The notes under the pieces: model-generated | What the model was told of the DNA's origin: nothing | What the model saw: the letters and a program-made list of their open reading frames with translations, nothing else | The model's database searches: none | In this document: positions 53,752 to 64,000 of the stretch, one piece after another | Numbering within the stretch: the stretch's first letter is position 1 | Layout of the letters: every line of letters begins with the position of its first letter | NCBI GenBank assembly: GCA_024137785.1 | Contig: JAHRHZ010000018.1 | Location: 34,105,819 to 34,169,818 of the forward strand | Reading direction: 5' to 3' | DNA length: 64,000 nucleotides | Source: Ginglymostoma cirratum | Taxonomy: Eukaryota | Translations under genes and position numbers: made by a program

Positions 53752-56700
53752 TATCACTCCATTAAATCTATTTTGGATTCTTTATCCCTCACATTTCCTG
53801 GACTTATGCAACAACAAACAATGCCATGGAATAGATTGATTGGGAGGTATTTAGGTATCTGATATTGACATAAATGGGGGTTCTGGAGTTTGATCAGAAT
53901 TTTCTTCATAATCTAAAACAATAAACTTGCTGAGAGGTGCATTATACCTATCCAGTGTTGCTCGCAGTACATCTGAAATACTTTGACATTCCCTGCATTT
54001 GGAAAGGTTAAACTGTTGGAAACATCTTCCCACTCTGTATAACCATGTCTAAGTAATACAAGAGCCACAAGGGAGCACGCGGAGAGAAAAGGCTCCAAGA
54101 AAGAGGTGCAATGGCAGAGGATAACAGTTAGTTATTTCACCTGCTGATGGTGCTGCATTTGGACTTGTTTTATGCTGATTCTCACACTATGCCATACACA
54201 CCAGGGCTCCATAATTTGGATCTACATTCTGCAGCATGACTGGTGCAGAAACCAGCAGAGGTTTTGATGCGAGTTAAATTCAATCTAGGAAATGCCAGTA
54301 TAAAAAAGAGTTATTTCTGGAAAGTGAACCAGTTGATTGTGTACTTCCTTAGGAAGTGGTGAAATTACGGTTTTTGAACAAATACAGTATTGAAAAAAAG
54401 TCATTTCCTGAGGAATCCTAACTTGACTTTCACCAGTGCCAGCTGCCTTAAAGTGGTTACAGATAAAACGCAGCAGGTGAAGGGGCTCCGGAAGAGTAAC
54501 GCCTCACTGGGTGGAAATGGCTGAAAGGTGGACTTTCAGACCTTTTTGTTGTCTTTTACAAGGAAGATGTGTTGAAATGCTTATTCAGAAATCACGTCTT
54601 CTTGTCCCCTTCACTACTCGGTGAACTAATGCATGAAAAAGGAGGCAGTGTCAAGTAGCTGATGCCCAAACACATTTTATGACTGTGGCCAGTGGTGGCG
54701 AGAAGTAAACACTTCGAAACACAAAATTACAGAATCTGTGGCTCACGAAGCTTGGAACTCTGCCGGCCCAGGCTAGCGTTGAGTTATAAGTAACCACACA
54801 GCTCGCCGCCCTCAGGGGAGAGAAGCTGGAATCTACGTTCTGAGCTTCTCATGGTGGAGGGGAGTTGGTCCCATCCCACGTTTGACCGCTCTTGTGTGTA
54901 TTGCATGGGCGGCAAGCACTAACCACTCTCCCCAACCCCCCACCGGTCCTTTTGAAAACTCTGCATCGTTATTCCATGAACTCAAAGCACTGGGTCACTT
55001 TCCCTCTGTTCACCGGAGCCAGGCACACACAAGAGCACTGAGGCTCGGATTGGGAGATTGCAATTCCATGCAAAAACAGCCTCAAAACTGAAGCAGTGCA
55101 AGTTCTGCACCACCACCCAAGCGGCAGATTGGAGATTGGAACCTATTATTTACGTCCCGTTTCGATCACATGTTTAACTCCGATCTTAAGAGGCAGAAGC
55201 AACCAATTTGCACTCTGCAGTTTTGAACCAGGAACACACAGCATGCCAATTCGGCGCAAGAAGTAAGAAGTTTAGCACCATGTGCGCCAAATTATGAGAA
55301 ATTATAGGGAAGACTTGAATTTACATAGCGCTTTGTAGCCATCCCATTACGCTTTACAGCAAAGAAAGCGATTTCAGTGGCTTCACATCAGTTTGCTTTA
55401 TAATAATCCCTAGGCAGGTCAGAAAACAAGTTTTTATTTCACTTTCAATCAGACCTTCCTTTTCTCCCCGCCCTCCTCAATGAGTTTGAAAATATTCAGA
55501 GAGGAGAGAAACATGTCCGGAAACGTAAATTGGAGTAAAACAGTTCACGGGCTCGCAAAGGATTGAGACTTGCTTTCGGGACGACTGGAAATAAAGCACT
55601 GTGTCGATGTGTGTCGATTTCTGGCCTGGATTTCTCGTTTATTATCCCAAGCGTCTTCCGAGACTGCACTCAATATTCGGACCTAGCAACTATTCTTTAC
55701 CAAGGCAACCAAAGTATAAATACAAATACCACCGAGTCAAACTACACTCATTCCTCGTTTAGCAAAGCCGTTGATAAAACCGAGGAAGGTGTGTTTTCGA
55801 CATTTGACCTCCAATAAACAGCAAAATGATACAAGGTCACCTGCCAACTCTCCCCAAAGTAGCGGTAACTTGATTTAGGTCAAAAACCCGCATTAAAGGC
55901 AACTTTTTTTTTTGTTTTCAAGAATGTCCAAGCTGTCCTGATATCATCCTTATTATCTCGCCACTATCCCTTTGACCCAGTTCTGGGGCGGAATGGTATT
56001 GGCATTCAGCCCAAGTTGAGAGTCTGACAGTATTTCTGTAACGGCCAAGGATAGCACTGTTATGTGAAACAGTACCCTGAGGATTGTGAGGCAGGCGATT
56101 TCCGTCCTTTAACCTGCTGCACAAATGACTGGACGTGCACGTGTTCCAGACAGAAATAGCGATTTCACTTCATTGGGGTGGGGGTGAACTCTGTTGTGAA
56201 GAGCTGTTGTCTGAACTGATAAAGCTGCGCTGATTATTGTTGACATTGAACATGATTACACATTCTGAACTGTGGGAATACCTCAAAATTTCGACAATTG
56301 TCTAAAATCTGATATCGCGTCGTTAATGGGATAGGTTATGGGCTATTTAACACTACATGACAACTTTTCACGTACAAAAACAATCATACCCATGCACGGT
56401 TTGCGATACAGGAACAACTCAACGGCTTGGTTTCTGGTGCTGACCTCCCTGAAAAGTCCCATTAACAATTTAAGGATGTGGAACAGATTATAAAGATCAC
56501 ATTTTATAGATTTCCTATGTACGTTCTTTAATAAACCTTCGGTTAAATTAACCACAGGAGAACCGCAACAATATTTCGGAGCCAAAAAAAAAGTAATTTC
56601 GGTTGATCTGAAAATAAAAGGTTATCGTTCCTTTTCTTTAAAAAAAAAGCATCGATTTCCACATCAGAAATGGACAAGTGCTGGACAACTTGACTCTGCA

Positions 56701-57358
56701 AAATTATCCAAAGTGAGCATTTGAAAAGCCGCAGAGGGTCGTTCAGCGCTGAATGGGTTAAATAGTAGTTGGCGATCAGAATATGTATCCCTGAGCCTGC
56801 CTGCCGTGTTTGTTTACACAGCACCTGTCTTGGAATTTCACCATTTCCACTGAAGACAGCAGCTTGGAGATTGTCTGATTAATATTTTTAGATAGGATTT
56901 CTGCGGGGCATCAGCCCAACCCGGTTCGTGGTCAGGCGATCATGCACACTGCCCACAGCCCAATTTACCGCGACAAGAAAATAAACAAAAACTGTCCAGT
57001 CCACGCCGTGTGCCCTGCTTAAACTGTGGTGTTCAAATAGGCGAATACTTCAGATTCCTCATGTGTGTATATCTAACATATTACATAATGATAACACGAA
57101 AACAAACTGCCAACTGAACGCTTTTGTAAATTCGGTTGTACATGCAAAAACGTTTAAGTCTTAAAGAGGAATGACATCCCTTTTTGTTGACACAGGTTGG
57201 GCATTCAAACTATCAGTCTCTTAAATGAAGCATTGCCAATCACACATCTTTAGCCAAACTGGGGCGTATTTGAAATAAGCAGATTAATATAAGTACATTA
57301 GTCCCCGTAGGCTGACAAAAAGGGATACAAACTCTTTTAAGTTGCTGTTATTGCTTAC

Positions 57359-57704
57359 TTTCAGGATAGCTAAATGGGTTCATGTCAATCTTGTAAACTT
57401 CTTTGGCGTAGTACTCCTCTTCGCTCCTCTCCCGTTCACAAGTGGCTGCCCTCTCGTTCGCTTTCTCAAGAAGCAAATCCCTCGTGCTGTTGTAAATCGC
57501 GATCACCTCGCTCGAGACCTCCTCCGGCTCCGGGTAAGTTTCCGGGGGGTTGGTGAGTTTCAGTTTGCTGAGGATTTGCCCACGGATCGCCTCGATCCGC
57601 TTCTTCATGAACTGCTCCATGTCGAGGGTGTTGCAGGTCGACAAGCAAGCGGCGATCATTGCGAAATCCAGCGTGAGAAAAACAGTGAAAATGGAGTAGT
57701 GCAT
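57359..57704 (-). CDS. TGFB2: Transforming growth factor beta-2 preproprotein, coding exon 1 (signal peptide and start of LAP prodomain), 346 nt, phase-1 donor
   Basis: Translates [50 protein letters not shown]...YNSTRDLL...[20 protein letters not shown], which matches the TGFB2 N-terminus as I recall it. ATG at 57704-57702; donor GAA A|GTAAGC with GT at 57358-57357. Confidence 0.97.
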
Positions 57705-57992
57705 TTTCAAAGCTGGGCAGTTGCAAAGTTGAAGAGAGAGAGCGAGAGAGAGTGGGTGGGTTGTGAGGGCCAGGGAAACAAGAGAAAGAATCAGCTGCAG
57801 CTTGTGACCGTCACGCGAAAAGAATCAACAAGTTAAATATTTACAATAAAAGAAAAAATATAAAGAGGAAAGGCACTTTTTGTTGCTATCGTTTAACCTT
57901 GATTCTCAAGTCCTGTGCAGTTCAATGACTCCCTTCTGGTTGCAGCTGTAGTCCAGGCGCTAAAGCTGCTTCTGCCGAGGATCAACACACCT

Positions 57993-58001
57993 TCACTTCA
58001 T
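57993..58001 (-). promoter_or_regulatory. Minimal uORF (MK*) in TGFB2 5' UTR
   Basis: Minus strand gcgATGAAGTGA. Confidence 0.4.
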
Positions 58002-58308
58002 CGCAGTCCCGAGGAATTCTTTCAACTTCTCTCTCTCTCCCTCACAAAGTCTCTGGTTCTCCAGTTTTGAAAAAGTCAATAAAACAGCAGCTTTATTTCT
58101 CTCGGTTGAGTTCTCCTGCGGTCCAGGATGAAGTTAAAAGGGCAGAGAATCTTACACACTAGGGGGAGGGGGTGAGAATAACTAATTTGTCAAAAAAAAG
58201 CTGAGTTCAATTTCTTTGAAAAAAAATCGGACTGGCAAGAGATGGAAAAAAGTTTGATATATATGCGAAAAAAATCTTAAGTAGGAGCCTCACGTCTTTG
58301 GCAAACCG

Positions 58309-58326
58309 TTATTTTTGCTGCTCCAT
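58309..58326 (-). promoter_or_regulatory. uORF (MEQQK*) in TGFB2 5' UTR with strong Kozak context
   Basis: Minus strand aggATGGAGCAGCAAAAATAA (A at -3, G at +4). Confidence 0.5.
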
Positions 58327-58478
58327 CCTCTAGTCAGACAGCCCAGGCTGGGAGTGCGTGTGAGTAGTGAGTGAGTGAGTGAGTAAATGTGAGTGAGTGA
58401 GAGAGAGGTACAGTCTGTACAGTGTGCGTGTCAGTGAGCGACTTGCCAGCAGATAACATCAGGCTGCACAGGGAGACC

Positions 58479-58484
58479 TTTATA
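58479..58484 (-). promoter_or_regulatory. TATA box (TATAAA) of TGFB2
   Basis: Plus strand tttata, positioned ~25-30 nt upstream of the inferred start. TGFB2 is known to have a TATA promoter. Confidence 0.85.
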
Positions 58485-58498
58485 ATGTCTCACTTTAC

Positions 58499-58504
58499 CA
58501 CGTG
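58499..58504. promoter_or_regulatory. E-box CACGTG (USF-type)
   Basis: Palindrome ~15-20 nt upstream of the TATA box, the same arrangement as the mammalian TGFB2 promoter. Confidence 0.8.
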
Positions 58505-58518
58505 TTGCCTCCATGGAG

Positions 58519-58526
58519 TGACGTGG
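58519..58526 (-). promoter_or_regulatory. CRE/ATF-like element (CCACGTCA)
   Basis: Plus strand TGACGTGG, just upstream of the E-box, as in the mammalian TGFB2 CRE/ATF-E-box-TATA module. Confidence 0.8.
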
Positions 58527-58728
58527 GGCTCCGGCCGATGGAAGATTTTCCTGATTTTCGTTCGCGGGGCTGCCCACTGACAGGCGGCGCCGGCTCTCCG
58601 CGCTGTCTTAGCGCTCTGTCTCCCCACGCCTCCCCCACCCCCCCCCAAACTCCACACACTCCCTCACTCCGCTCCTGGCCATCGCACTCATACTTGGATT
58701 GTCCAAAGCCGGCTTTCCTGGGGTGAGG

Positions 58729-58768
<40 letters not shown>

Positions 58769-58769
58769 C
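58729..58769. repeat. Compound (GT)n(GA)n microsatellite in the proximal promoter
   Basis: About 12 GT units followed by about 8 GA units. Confidence 0.9.
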
Positions 58770-61700
58770 ACTCGCCAGGAGAAGACGGTGTTGAAGGGCT
58801 GTCTGAAGCACACTGTAACATTGCACGATAAATTATCTGTAGCGTTATTATCGACTGTCCTTCCGGGGGATTTGATGCAAGTCCATCCCCTCCCCCTTCC
58901 TGGTCAATCACAGAAACAACCGATATATCAGATTTTTTTTCCCTGTGAGGTAAGATTGCACAGTCATTTAACCCCCACACAATCAGTGCGACAGCCACAT
59001 ATTGGGGGAAGGGTGTGTTATGTTACTGACAAGTTTGTCTGAAAGCATGTCCCTCTCTAGCATCGAGAAATGTTCTCGCCCTTCCCGATCCCCCACCGAG
59101 TTGTCACTTTGGAAAACTCGACCAGCGATTTTCCTTTTGCAGGAACAGTAGATTGTGTAATCATCTTCAATCAGAAATGACCCTGGAGGGGGTGGGCGGA
59201 GAAAAAGCCGTTCGCGTTCATCACCTTAAAAATGACACTGTGCTCAAACAGGTGTGGTGTGTTAGAGACCGACCCAGTCCGTGCTGACTCCGAACCCGAT
59301 CTGATTTCTCTAGCCTCTCACACCAGGATTCAGGAAAATACGCGCCCTTTGTTTTATTATTAGTTTCCAAAGCACGGGCCCGGCATCAGAGAGATTTCCA
59401 CAGAAAGCCACTGAAGATGAACTTTTGCTTCAAGCCGAGTGAGTCATGCTGAGAAATGAAGACTCTGTCAAGAAGACCTGGCGCATCTCTCATCTGTAAC
59501 TTTTCCATTCAGGGACATATTACACACTCCACACTGTGTGGAGTTCTGCAAAAATTCTTGTACATAACTTCGTGGGCATTTTAACATTAAAAGGAACAAG
59601 CAACCCATTTGCTCTGTTGTCTCATTCCCAGCTATTCGATTTCTTCTAACTAATAGTAGCTATTTTTAAACAAAAGCAAAACACAATCTCGCCTCGGAAA
59701 ACACAGGACTTGATGAAGTAACAAGCAAAATAATAGAAGAGAGCAGTGGCGCTAGGGCCCAGGGGACACCACTTTCGCTGTCTTTCCGCAGAATGGTGCT
59801 GCTCTGGCTCAGGGTAGTTTCGTGACAGGCAATTGTGATCACTTGAGAAATGGTCTACCTACGTGACTCAGAAAATTAGAGTAGACAGTTGGACGAGTAG
59901 TCCGGTTTCTAAACCAACAGACAGTTGGACAAATATTTCCACGTCGTAGGGGAAAATAAAGTGATTCAGACTCGGCAGCACCACTGGAATTCTCCCTCCG
60001 AAACGTGCAGTGAAGTAAAGCACAGGTCCACACAAAGTAAATGCTAGTTTCTCCAGTAACCTCCCGCCAGCAGCTGAGGCGCGGCGGCATCGCCCTGGGG
60101 TTCCCAGCATTTACTGAATACAGTGGAGCCTCTAAATCACCGTTTGCCGCCAATGTATAGCAAGGAAAGGTCAAATGAGCCATTTTCACACCTCTCTCCC
60201 TCGCAGCAAAAATAACATTCACTGTAGAGCTCTTAAAGTCATTGATATTATGAGGGATATCAGCACATAATCTCCAACTATCAATATGTGAATACAGCAC
60301 TGAGGTCGTGCTAATGCCTGAAAGTGGAAACCGGGTCTAGCTACGCAGATGAATGCTCACTACCTAACAAATGAAGACTTAGTGGAGAATGAATTATTGC
60401 AGGTGTCCTGTTTTCTGACTGGCCTTTTCCCTCATTACTCTGTAGGTTCCAGCGATCTCTCGGTTTCTTGCCCCATTCCCTTCCATTACTTCATTAAGCG
60501 GTCACCGGCAACGAGTAGTAATGTTTTGCTAGACACTGTGAAGTGCAGAATGAAATAACAAACATACAAACGGGACTCTGAATCAACACATTTTAATTCT
60601 ATTTAAAATAACATCAAATGAACAAATTCTTTTGTGAGAATTCCTGATTTTCACCCTTCCATTTTGAAGGGATCTGTGCCCCAAATTCAGACCACTTTTA
60701 AAACAAAACTTCGGAAAAGAAAACACTTCATTAAAGAGGCAACTCGTTCCCATATACAAAATCTACTGCATTCACAGAATGAGTATTACTCCAGTTTGGT
60801 TTACGCCAAGTAGTACTAATGAGCACAGGGTTCATCGGGCTGAATCATTTTTCTCAGCAACGTCACCATTTGCGTCCTCATCACTCTCTTTATCCCAATC
60901 TTTCATTGTAGCTCCCATCATGAAGTCATCGCGTAATATGTTCCACGCTGCACTGTCTTCTGATTTAACTTTAACCTGAAATAGACCACATGATAAATGT
61001 AATCAAAAGCACAAATGAGCATAAATGATTCACTTTTTCAACAACTCCGAATACTCATCTGATGTAATTTTTTAAACCCCCAGGTGCTGGCTCATTAGAA
61101 TATTTCCTGGCACACCAGTCAGATACAGAGCATGGATTTAATAAGCCCTTTGAAACCAGATACTATATTTCTTTTGATCTCTGAACCAAATTCCCTTTAT
61201 GTGCTACAATGCCTCATATGGCACAAAGCTGGCTTCAAGAAAGTTTGATTACTGTAATATTGATCTTCATTTGGACGCGTCAGAGGTCGTTATCGTGCTA
61301 CTAATTCATTCTTTTGCGCTCCACTGGTTCAAGCGGAAACAATCTCGTACAACATTTCCTATATTTGTCTTTAAAACTAGAGGCATCCGGCTCAGTAGTT
61401 GCAATCAGTTGAGAGTTCCCCCTCAACTCCCTTTCCTTAGGAGTTACTATTTATACAATAGCGGTGTAGAATTTTACAACTGGCTAGGAGAACAGAATTC
61501 CGAAATTTTGAAAGGATTAAGGTAGAGCTGGAGCGCCACTCTGAGGTACCTCTTAGTATTACACTATTAATTAACGATTTCACCCGCCCACTGCACAAAA
61601 CCAAGGCACTCAGTTCAAGTAAAGGGTTTTAGAGTCTGTTAGAATTCACAGCATAAGCATTAAAACAGCTTAGTTAGTTTCGTTTTACACTAAAGTCTTA

Positions 61701-62865
61701 CATACATAAAATGCACAAGTGTGTTTGAAGGGGGACGTGGAGACTAAAAACGGCAGCTAAAGTGTGACTGTCATTGCAACATACTAGCTCTGAACATTCT
61801 TACAGACCTGCAACTCTATCAGTAATGAAGCCTTGGTCCTTAATTCAATCAATTAAAAGAAAGACATACTTTCTAAGCAAGGTTGAAGAAACCTTGAACT
61901 TGGCACCCTCGAAGAGTTATATGCATTGATGTAAATTAAGAATCAAATAATGTCCCTTGAGTTTTCCAAACTCGACATTTGAGATGCTCCTTTGAACTTA
62001 TAAATGTCCCTTTGAAATTTACAAATCGACAATATCCCACTAGTATATCCACCGCTCAGGATAGAGAATAGTCGAGTCAGCATTAATATCTTCATCTTAC
62101 GACAGAATTCCATGTGAAAGAGGCATGATTTGGATTAGGTTCATTAGGATTCTGCTGAGGAATGCTAAATAACCAGGTGGTGTCAGGTTGAAATATGGAG
62201 GGATTGTGTAAGAATTATAGCTAATGTGCAGTCAACAAAAGGTCTGTGAAAGTGTGAAATTTATAACCACACAAAGTCATAAAGTGACTACACCTAGCAT
62301 GTGGAAAAAATTTCAATCATAATTGTCATTAAGGGTTCAAGAACAGCAAGAGTCATAAATTGAGAAAAATATCAAAATTCCAGGTACACTTTCACTTGCA
62401 CTAACAGCTCTCCAATATCATGGCAAAGCTGCCGTTCTTCATATGTGCCTAGATAGTGAATGACAATGGGTTCTTCTACTCCCAAGTACATCGCAAACTA
62501 CTCAGATTCTATCTTCACACAAGCACTGTTCATCCAGGATTGTGCATTATCTAGCCAGGAACACAGCGATCAACAGCAACAGTCCTGGTGAATTTTCTAT
62601 TCTATCCTAAAACTAACATCCAAGTGCTACCTTCATGACACCAGTCAATGCAGTGAAGATCAAAAGTTGAACCCTGGACTTTGTAATCATTCAGAATTAC
62701 AAGATAATATCTTCATTCTCTTGGACAAGGCTGCTTGGTCTCATCATCTTTACAGATGCAGAACCCCAGCCTTCTCCACTTCCTCTAAATCTTCCTGGTT
62801 TTGCTTGAATATCTGCATGAGCATAAAATATATATTCACTATTTTCTCTTTTAGAAATCAGATCT

Positions 62866-64000
62866 TTGAGGTTGGTTGGCTCGCCGAGCTGGTTTGTTGT
62901 TCCGCAGACGTTTCGTTACCGTGCTTGGTAACATCCTCAGTGCAGCCTCTGATGAAGTGTTGGTATGTTTTCCCGCCTGGTTTTTAAACTCTGGGGTCCG
63001 GTGCGATGGATTGCCTCACTTCCGGGTTTTCTCCGTAGTGGAATGTATATGGGGGCGAGTTCAATGTGTTTATTAATAGCATGCTTCGTGGAGTGCCATG
63101 CTTCCAGGGATTCTCGTGCTTGTCTCTGCCTAGCCTGTCCCAGGATCTTGGCGTTGTCCCAGTCGAAGTCGTGGTTCTCCTTGTCCATGTGGATTGAGAT
63201 GAGTGAGTATTGGTCGTGTCTTTTTGTAGTCAGTTGGTGTTCATGTACTCTTGTTGTTAGTTTCCTTCCTGGTTGTCCGATGTAGTGTTTCTCGCAGTTT
63301 CTGCAGGGGATTTTGTAGATGACATTGGTCCTGTCCATGGTGGGGAGTGGGTCCTTAATTCAGGTGAGCACTTGTCGTAGGGTTGATGTGGGCTTGTGTG
63401 CCACTCTGATGCCCAGCGGTCGTAGAGGTTTTGTGGTGATTTCTGACGTGTTCCTGCTGTAGGGTTGTGTGATGAGTATGTCGCGGCGTGTAGAATCTTT
63501 CTGATGCTGTTCCTGTAGGCATCTCCTGACCCAGTTCTTTGGATATCCATCATCCATGAACACTTGGAAGAGGTATTCCTCCTCCTCTTGGCGTAGTTCC
63601 ATGTTGCTGCAGTGTGTTGTTGTTCTTTTAAATAGTGTTCGCACGCAGCTTCGTTTCTGTGTGCTGGGATGGTTACTATTGAAGTTCAGTACCTGGTCTG
63701 TGTGTGGGGCTTTTCGGTATACTTTCGTTTGCAGTTCCCCATTTGTCTTGCTCTCTACCATGACGTCCATGGACGGGAGCTGTTTGTTCTTCTCCTCCTC
63801 TCTGGTGAATTTTATTCCAGTGAGGGTGTTGTTTATGAGTTTGTGCATCTCTCCTTTGGTCCGTTTAATGATGCCAAAGGTGTCGTCTACGTAGCGTATC
63901 CATAGTTTCGGTTGGATTTGCGGAAGGGCAGTCCTTTCCAGTCTTTGCATCACTGCTTCTGTTATGAGTCCAGAGATAGGCGATCCCATGGGTGTCCCGT
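62866..64000 (-). mobile_element. Penelope-like retroelement of the same family (RT + GIY-YIG), runs past the window end
   Basis: ORFs 63360-63989 (MGSPISGL...YVDDTF) and 62937-63338 (GIY-YIG) are nearly identical to the 17.8-19.1 kb copy. It ends at the same ...AACCTCAA boundary as the inverted arm at 17245. Confidence 0.93.
62902..62945 (-). ncRNA. Intact minimal type I hammerhead ribozyme
   Basis: Minus strand CTGCA-CTGAGGA-T-GTTACC(AAGCAC)GGTAAC-GAAA-CGTC-TGCGG with a perfect 6 bp stem II. Predicted cleavage between 62907 and 62906. Confidence 0.9.

Larger units (their letters stand above)
29998..57358 (-). other. TGFB2: TGFB2 intron 1 (27,361 nt, GT-AG)
   Basis: Lies between exon 1 donor and exon 2 acceptor with compatible phase. 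Confidence 0.9.
57705..58461 (-). other. TGFB2: TGFB2 5' UTR (~755 nt); transcription start near 58455-58461
   Basis: The minus strand reads TGATGTTATCTGCTGGCA about 23-40 nt downstream of the TATA box. As I recall, this matches the 5' end of mammalian TGFB2 mRNA. Confidence 0.7.
57400..60350. promoter_or_regulatory. CpG-rich promoter region (CpG-island-like), with AP-1 sites at 59440-59446 and 59864-59870
   Basis: CpG is visibly retained compared with the CpG-depleted introns; TGAGTCA and TGACTCA motifs present. Boundaries approximate. Confidence 0.55.

Noticed and set aside
29998-57358. Alternative 84 nt exon of the long mammalian TGFB2 isoform
   Set aside because: No recognisable homologue found by eye; TBLASTN or RNA-seq would be needed to exclude it.
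57705-57710. ORF-track start MKM for TGFB2
   Set aside because: The first codon is TTG; the real start is the ATG at 57704 (MHY...).
57342-57836. 164 aa plus-strand ORF overlapping exon 1
   Set aside because: Antisense shadow of the GC-rich TGFB2 coding exon; no recognisable protein features.
58495-58998. 167 aa minus-strand ORF upstream of TGFB2
   Set aside because: It runs through the promoter microsatellite (THTHTH, SLSL); a chance ORF in GC-rich DNA.
1-64000. CRISPR arrays or prokaryotic operons
   Set aside because: Eukaryotic intron-rich DNA; the repeats are dispersed with TSDs, not regularly spaced.

Overview
Vertebrate, repeat-rich genomic DNA. The repeat content suggests a cartilaginous fish (shark-like); this is an inference. 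The window holds the 5' part of TGFB2 on the minus strand: a TATA/E-box/CRE promoter at ~58.5 kb, exon 1 (CDS 57704-57359), a 27.4 kb intron 1 and exon 2 (29997-29834). Intron 2 runs off the left edge, and no exon 3 was found. The introns contain decayed CR1, L2, RTE, Tx1, Gypsy and PIF/Harbinger elements and tRNA-derived SINEs. The most notable signal is a hammerhead-ribozyme retroelement system. Two young Penelope-like elements (PLEs; RT + GIY-YIG) carry minimal type I hammerheads, and the ORF stop codon lies inside the catalytic core. About ten dispersed non-coding inserts of 70-250 bp begin at an intact or decayed minimal hammerhead, and several have 8-15 bp target-site duplications (TSDs). 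Some occur as head-to-head pairs with the same asymmetric 3' tail as Penelope inverted pseudo-LTRs (pLTRs). Several ribozyme copies are in the same sense as the TGFB2 pre-mRNA. All family calls come from reading motifs by eye; no searches or alignments were run.
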